A stretch of 14,748 nucleotides of DNA from Bdellovibrionota bacterium FG-1. Lineage in GTDB: Bacteria; Bdellovibrionota; UBA1018. Of this stretch, positions 1 through 4,732 are shown one piece after another. The stretch lies in contig JBBCAW010000116.1 in assembly GCA_051382295.1 (NCBI GenBank), positions 1 to 14,748 of the forward strand, written 5' to 3'. The notes under the pieces were generated by a model. It searched no databases and was not told the DNA's origin. It saw only the letters and a list, made by a program, of their open reading frames with translations. The translations under genes were made by a program, and so were the position numbers. Position 1 is the stretch's first letter. Each line of letters starts with the position of its first letter.

Positions 1-62
1 CGATGAACTGAACGATGTCAATTGCTAAAATTGAGCCATAAACAGCCTTCAAAGCTCAAGAA

Positions 63-272
63 GTGGATGTTTTGACCCACTCGTTTTCACGAAGAGCCAA
101 AAAAGAAGAGTATGGGGTGCGAAGGTTTTCAAAGTCTATTAAGAGGCACTCCGGCTTGGAGGCTTCGGATTTTAGGGGCCAACTCCTCGCAGATTTTTCC
201 AAATTTACCGGGGAGGCGCCCTTGCATGACGACCTTTCGCTGGTCGTGTGTAAGTTCCCAGGCCTGGCCTAA
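63..272 (+). pseudogene. C-terminal fragment of a PP2C/SpoIIE (RsbU-like) Ser/Thr phosphatase domain
   Basis: EEYGVRRF...LLADFSKFTGEAPLHDDLSLVVCK matches the end of SpoIIE-type phosphatases (GEEFG..RL....F.G.....DDxTxxV). The frame is closed by TAA at 39-41, and I see no upstream TDG metal-binding motif in any + frame, so it appears N-terminally truncated. Its stop overlaps the stop of the convergent barrel gene (269-272). Confidence 0.6.
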
Positions 273-916
273 AATCCGAGCGTGATCCCGGCGAATCCTT
301 GGATCGGCTTGAGGTTCATGGACGCGCTATAAAGAAATTCGTATTTGCCTCCGAGGAGAAAATTCACGCTGCTCTGGCTGGCAAAAATATAATAGGCCGC
401 TCCCCCAAAGCCCGTGAACGGCACGATCGAGGAGGAGCTGTTGAAAAAGAACTGCGTGCCATTGAGTTCAAGGCGTAAGCCGCCTGGGTTGAGATCGCGG
501 CCGCGAAACACTTCTTTTTCGTCTAAAAAAATGGACCGATCATTTTGTATAAAGGTTCCGGTGATGGCGAGAACCGCTTTGAGCTCAAGCGCCGTGTAGA
601 TGGCGACGACCGAGGAGGGTTGAAAAGCAAATCTCACGTTTCCGCCTAGGCTTAACCAGGAGGAGGTGGCGTGCGAAAAGCCGACACTGGGTGCGAGTCC
701 CGTCAAGTGTTTTCCCGCTTTTATGATGCTGACCCAGCCCAATTGAAGGAGCGCTTGACTGTTCCGGGGTTCAGTTTGTTCACGGATTTCCGTCTTGGCT
801 GCATCGGTCGACTCTTCTTTGAGCGTTTCAGCAGCGGAGGCCGCTTCCAGTCCGCCGAGAACGCCAAGAAATCTAAGGAGCAGGAACGGCTTAAGCGGCT
901 TTTTTCGGGGTCTCAA
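269..916 (-). CDS. Putative small outer-membrane beta-barrel protein (~215 aa)
   Basis: Probable TTG start at 916 with AGGAG (930-926) 9 nt upstream, in frame with the 976 ORF. It has a basic N-terminus, a hydrophobic stretch and an ASA-AE signal peptidase site. Alternating beta-strand patterns (LSLGGNVRFAF, VNFLLGGKYEFLY) and a C-terminal GFAGITLGF ending in Phe fit a BAM beta-signal. Confidence 0.7.
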   Translation of the reverse strand: MRPRKKPLKPFLLLRFLGVLGGLEAASAAETLKEESTDAAKTEIREQTEPRNSQALLQLGWVSIIKAGKHLTGLAPSVGFSHATSSWLSLGGNVRFAFQPSSVVAIYTALELKAVLAITGTFIQNDRSIFLDEKEVFRGRDLNPGGLRLELNGTQFFFNSSSSIVPFTGFGGAAYYIFASQSSVNFLLGGKYEFLYSASMNLKPIQGFAGITLGF

Positions 917-2525
917 GTTTAGGTGCTCCTGTGAGGGCCGCTCGCAATTGTTGAAGGGTTTGTTCGTGGATCGCATTCATGATCGGGTGATCGCGCTCCG
1001 GAGTCAGAGACGAGGTATAGCCTTGGAGCATTTCGACCTTCTTTGGAGGCATGTGTTTTTGGAGTTGTTCGAGCACCGTTTTGGGCGCCAGCCAGACCTG
1101 GGCCAGTTCTTTTGCGGAATACTCCTTCAGTACTTGCTCAATTTGAGTCGGTTGGAGACGTAAGAGCCAGCCGAGCGATTGAACGCTCTCAAGTACATCC
1201 ATCGTCAAGTTGGGGAGATTAAGCAGTTCCTGCTCCTCTTCAACCGTTTTGAGTTTCAGCACGGTTTTTCGTTTCATCGCGCGCAAGGCGCTGGCGGCCA
1301 CCTTCGAGAAATCCGGCAGCGCGACGCCCGCTTTCGGGGCTTGCCGGTCAAATTCAATGCGCTCGCGCACCGAGAGTTGCAGCGCTTCGGATCTGAGTTT
1401 GGGAAACTGTTTAAGGAGGTGCGGCGTTTGTCGCGTGAGTTCGGTCAGTTTTTGATTGGAGAGATGGTGGATTTCGAAGGGTGCAAGATAGTAGGGTTCG
1501 TTTTCGACGCCAAGGTCTGCGGGCATGAGGGTGACAATGTAGGAAAGGTAATCTTTAAGAAACGGCAGGGTGGTGATCAGGCTTTTTCGTTTTCCTAGCG
1601 GAATCTCCTTCCAGATAAAAGCCGCGTAGGTGTCCTGCTCGGCCCAATAACAATCAGCCAGCAGGGCCTTAAGGCCTTCTTCTGGGAAGGCTTCGAAGTT
1701 TCGGAGTTGCAGCTCGGCTTGGGCTCCGCCGCCTTCTGTCCCGCCCGAACTTTCGGCGGTGGCTTTTTGCTCTGCAGAAGCTTCACCGCGGCCCTTGCTC
1801 TTTTCAAGCGCGGAGGAAAGCTGTTCGGTAGCGCGCTCGACCGACGCCGTTAGGCGTGCGATCCCCTTGCGCCGTAAGAACCCGGAGAGAATCATGGAAA
1901 AGACAAAAAAGGCGAGAAGACTTAAACCAGAGGCTAACATTATGCGCGGCGATTTGAGGAGCGGATCAAGCATTGCAAGACGGGGATCATCAAAGGTGTT
2001 AGCGGGGGAGGCTTCGGGTTTTGTGGGGTCGGCCTGCGCAGACGCGGGAGATCTATTTTTTTGGTCTCGATCGTTTTTTGCGAGGGTTTTTGCCTCTTCG
2101 TTTTCGTCAATCGTTTTTGAAAGCGCGAAGTCGCTCGGGATTTTTTGTAAGGTGATTTCAGGTTTGACGCCGTAGCTTTTTGTGAATTCCGTAATGAGTT
2201 GCAGCCCGGCGTCGGAGAACTTCCCGCTCTTGGTCAGAAGGGTGACTTGAAGTTTTTGAATTCGAATGCGGCCGCTGGCATCCTCTTTGTTGAGGTCGCG
2301 CAAAACAAAAGGAGTCATGGGGAGCGTGCTCTTCGCGGTTTGGGGCGTAACTCGTACATAGAAGAGCGAATAGGCGTCGGCCCCTTTGATGATGGGCGTG
2401 AGCCGCACTTCAATCTCGCGTTCAAGATCCAGGACGCTGCGCCCGGCCTCGGCGTAACTTGGGGTCACCGAGAAACCGAGAAGCGAGAGCGCGAAGGAAA
2501 AGGTTAAAAGACGACGACAAAACAT
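891..2525 (-). CDS. Membrane-anchored FliG-C-domain protein; probable FliF(RBM3)-TM-FliG-like fusion, 544 aa
   Basis: Sec signal (SYA-EA); periplasmic aa ~32-133 resembling FliF RBM3; TM aa ~195-217 followed by RRK; degenerate FliG-M-like repeat (aa ~277-321); FliG-C-like aa ~427-531 (LLRLQPTQIEQVLKEYSAKELAQ...QKHMPPKKVEML vs consensus L..LDDRSIQ.VLREV....LA.AL.....NMSKRAAEML). AAGGAGG upstream, with a TAATG overlap with the motB-like stop. Confidence 0.7.
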   Translation of the reverse strand: MFCRRLLTFSFALSLLGFSVTPSYAEAGRSVLDLEREIEVRLTPIIKGADAYSLFYVRVTPQTAKSTLPMTPFVLRDLNKEDASGRIRIQKLQVTLLTKSGKFSDAGLQLITEFTKSYGVKPEITLQKIPSDFALSKTIDENEEAKTLAKNDRDQKNRSPASAQADPTKPEASPANTFDDPRLAMLDPLLKSPRIMLASGLSLLAFFVFSMILSGFLRRKGIARLTASVERATEQLSSALEKSKGRGEASAEQKATAESSGGTEGGGAQAELQLRNFEAFPEEGLKALLADCYWAEQDTYAAFIWKEIPLGKRKSLITTLPFLKDYLSYIVTLMPADLGVENEPYYLAPFEIHHLSNQKLTELTRQTPHLLKQFPKLRSEALQLSVRERIEFDRQAPKAGVALPDFSKVAASALRAMKRKTVLKLKTVEEEQELLNLPNLTMDVLESVQSLGWLLRLQPTQIEQVLKEYSAKELAQVWLAPKTVLEQLQKHMPPKKVEMLQGYTSSLTPERDHPIMNAIHEQTLQQLRAALTGAPKLETPKKAA

Positions 2526-3277
2526 TACTCTTTAGCCTCCTTGCTCTTGCGCGCGGAGATTCTCACACTCAAGGATCGTGTACTGCGGGCGTATTCGCCA
2601 CTGCCTTGGGCCGAGATGAATCGGGGATCAAAGCCATTAGACATGGCAAATTCCATCGCCTTCGTGGCCCGTAAGCTTGAGAGGACGAAGTTGGAGTCCA
2701 GCACTTTGGTGTCCCGAATCGTCTTATGCGAGATCGGGACCGCGTCGGAGTGCCCGATGAAAGTGAGTTCGATTTCGTTTCGCTGCGGATGGACCAGCAT
2801 CAGGATTCTCAAAACACTCGCGCGGGCTGCTTTATTGAGGTCATAACTGCCTTCGCGATAAAAGTTGTTTTTGAAGTTTACATATACGCCGGGTTCCACC
2901 GAATCACGGGAGACACTGAGGGATGGGTCTTGAATTTTGAGGGCGAGCGAATCGAAAGCTTGCATCTTAATCGCCAGGAGGTTTCGTTCGACGACTTCTT
3001 CGTCGACCTCTTCTTGGATTGGTTCTTGAATTTTTTCTTTGGGCGCGGTGACGGCCGTGGGTCGAGCTTTTTGCGCGAGCGAGGACATGACATCGACGTT
3101 ATCTCGCATCTCAAAATAGATGACGAAAAAGCTCATGAGCACCATGAGCAAGTCAGAGTAGGAAATGGCCCACATGAACTGCATGGGATCTTCAGCCAAG
3201 GCACCGCTTTCTGACGCATGCAGTGGTTCTTCGTGGGCGGAGGTTTTGTGGGGGCGTTTGTTACGCCGCAGTATCAT
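2525..3277 (-). CDS. motB: MotB-family stator subunit with OmpA-like peptidoglycan-binding domain (~250 aa)
   Basis: TM WAISYSDLLMVLMSFFVIYF carries the conserved ion-binding Asp (W.v.YaD..t.Lm.FF). The OmpA-like domain has GHSDAVPI...SNFVLSSLRA...G.DPRFISAQGSGE. Probable ATG at 3277 with GGAGG 5 nt upstream, overlapping the end of motA. Confidence 0.85.
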   Translation of the reverse strand: MILRRNKRPHKTSAHEEPLHASESGALAEDPMQFMWAISYSDLLMVLMSFFVIYFEMRDNVDVMSSLAQKARPTAVTAPKEKIQEPIQEEVDEEVVERNLLAIKMQAFDSLALKIQDPSLSVSRDSVEPGVYVNFKNNFYREGSYDLNKAARASVLRILMLVHPQRNEIELTFIGHSDAVPISHKTIRDTKVLDSNFVLSSLRATKAMEFAMSNGFDPRFISAQGSGEYARSTRSLSVRISARKSKEAKE

Positions 3278-3968
3278 GCAGCCCTCCTGCAATAACTTGT
3301 TGCGGCTCGCCGCTGTTAATCATCAAAACCACGCGATAGATATGTTCGTTGTCTTTGGCTCTTTTTAAGTGCCGCACATGCAGGCGGTCGGAAAGCGGCA
3401 TCAGGATTACGTTGGCTAAAATTAGACCATAAAATGTGGCCGTCAACGCGAGTGCGAGGTTGGGGCCGATCTGAGAGCGGCTCTCAGGCGTGAGAGATGA
3501 AAACAAGGAGACTAGGCCGATGACTGTTCCGGTCATGCCGAGGGCGGGGGGATATTTGGCAAGGTTTCGCAATGACGCCACGGACTGTTCGCTCGTGCCG
3601 TTGAGTTCACGAAGACGTTGGGACACCATCAGGACAAAAAGATCTTCATCTAAACCTTGTTCCCAGAGTCCCTGCGCGTAGGTGACAAGCGCGTGCGGAT
3701 GCGGGAGTTTTGAATCTCGATTTTTACTTAAGGCAATGAGCTCGGTGTCCAGGGTTCGTTGTGAGGGCACGGATTTGAGGAGTTCAAGAAGTGATTTGAA
3801 GAGGTTGATGATTTCGCCGCTAGGGACGGAGAGCCAAAGAACGCCCACCGTGCCGACTCCCACAAGGGTTAATGAATGCATGTTGACGAGCGTGGCGGCC
3901 TGGGTCCCTGAGAGCGCGTAAACCATGACTCCAACTAAAATGATGATTCCGATGGGTAAGCTGAGCAT
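3261..3968 (-). CDS. motA: MotA/PomA-family stator subunit (235 aa)
   Basis: N-terminal TM pair with NMHSLTLVGVGT (cf. N.pS.liV.gGT), TM3 YPPALGMTGTVIGL, TM4 IGPNLALALTATFYGLILANVILMPLSDRL with the conserved Pro residues, and C-terminal I.SGEP. Directly upstream of a MotB homologue. Confidence 0.88.
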   Translation of the reverse strand: MLSLPIGIIILVGVMVYALSGTQAATLVNMHSLTLVGVGTVGVLWLSVPSGEIINLFKSLLELLKSVPSQRTLDTELIALSKNRDSKLPHPHALVTYAQGLWEQGLDEDLFVLMVSQRLRELNGTSEQSVASLRNLAKYPPALGMTGTVIGLVSLFSSLTPESRSQIGPNLALALTATFYGLILANVILMPLSDRLHVRHLKRAKDNEHIYRVVLMINSGEPQQVIAGGLHDTAA

Positions 3969-3971
3969 GGT

Positions 3972-4625
3972 TTAGTTGTCGCCTCCTGTAGGTTTCCGGG
4001 TCTTGGGTTGTGAACTCACGGATCTTCCTGCTGCGCCTACCGCACGGTCTAACGTCCCCCCAAGGGTGCGATAGAGTTCTGCGGCGGTTTTGTTATCCGG
4101 GTCTGTGCGGAGTGCGTCTTGAAGAATGGTACGCGCCTGTCGCTGGTCGCCCATGAGTAGGTAGCAATTCGCGCGGAGATATTTGAAAGCGCTCACGTTG
4201 GGATAATCTTTTTCGGCGATTTCGAGTTTGGTGAGGGCGATTTTCTCTTGGCGGGTCACGATCAACGTTTGCGCTTCAATGATCAGGTTGACGATCGAGT
4301 TGACGACCGTGGTGGATTGTTTTTCAAACCCTGCCCCGCCCCAGGTTTCAATGGCGCGGAGAGTGAGTTGTATTTTTTGGGGGGGGGCGGCCGCAGGAAT
4401 CATGAGCACACTCACATACCCCGGAGATTCAACCAGCAGGGGATCACCTTTGACGTTAACGATTGCACCTTTTTTGAGGGTGACAGGTTTTTGACGTCCG
4501 ATCTTCACGACAGAATCTTGACCCAGTTCGAGTGTTCGTCCAGGCGAGAAGAGGGAGCATCCCGAGCCGAGTGCCGAGAAAACCGGCAACAGAATAATGA
4601 TGAGCCTACCGAGAGAGGGTTTCAC
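3972..4625 (-). CDS. TPR-repeat lipoprotein (217 aa)
   Basis: GTG start, lipobox LGSG-C at residue 23, beta-rich N-terminal part, then TPR-like helices (YPNVSAFKYLRANCYLLMGDQRQARTILQDALRTDPDNKTA). Ends 3 nt before the motA ATG. Confidence 0.8.
   Translation of the reverse strand: MKPSLGRLIIILLPVFSALGSGCSLFSPGRTLELGQDSVVKIGRQKPVTLKKGAIVNVKGDPLLVESPGYVSVLMIPAAAPPQKIQLTLRAIETWGGAGFEKQSTTVVNSIVNLIIEAQTLIVTRQEKIALTKLEIAEKDYPNVSAFKYLRANCYLLMGDQRQARTILQDALRTDPDNKTAAELYRTLGGTLDRAVGAAGRSVSSQPKTRKPTGGDN
4379..4387. repeat. G9 homopolymer tract (C9 followed by A6 on the coding strand) inside the TPR lipoprotein gene
   Basis: Direct read: tattttttgg ggggggg c at 4371-4388; it encodes A-P-P-Q-K in frame. 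Confidence 0.9.
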
Positions 4626-4669
4626 ATAGGGTTCATCGGAGGATGGGGGGAGAATCTAAAATATATTTT

Positions 4670-4692
4670 AAAAAGGGATCCGACCCCTTTTT
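4670..4692 (-). terminator. Candidate weak, possibly bidirectional, intrinsic terminator between the adhesin genes and the motor genes
   Basis: The minus strand reads AAAAAGGGGTCGGATCCCTTTTT: an 8-bp inverted repeat (AAAAAGGG/CCCTTTTT) with a short GC core and a U5 tail, 40 nt after the stop of the 1694-aa gene. Confidence 0.45.
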
Positions 4693-4732
4693 GATGCTGG
4701 GTGCGTCAGAAAAGGTCGGCGAGTCCGATCGC

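Noticed and set aside
1..55. Minus-strand peptide KAVYGSILAIDIVQFI resembling a nucleotide-cyclase first strand
   Set aside because: Too short, runs off the window edge, and has an in-frame stop just upstream.
917..976. Longer ORF-track starts for the barrel gene (976) and for motB (3292)
   Set aside because: The downstream starts at 916 and 3277 have well-spaced SD sequences and shorter overlaps with the upstream gene, and 916 also places the signal peptide near the N-terminus.
2525..3968. Zorya (ZorAB) anti-phage system
   Set aside because: The MotA homologue is 235 aa with no long ZorA cytoplasmic tail, and there are no ZorC/D/E-like helicase or nuclease genes; the neighbours are envelope proteins.
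2525..3968. ExbBD/TolQR or Agl-type motor
   Set aside because: The B subunit has an OmpA-like PG-binding domain and the MotB TM motif rather than an ExbD/TolR domain, and no TonB/TolA-like protein is seen.
891..3968. Ordinary flagellar operon (motAB-fliG)
   Set aside because: The FliG-like protein has a signal peptide and TM helix, the torque residues are degenerate, and there are no other flagellar genes in the window; gene symbol fliG withheld.
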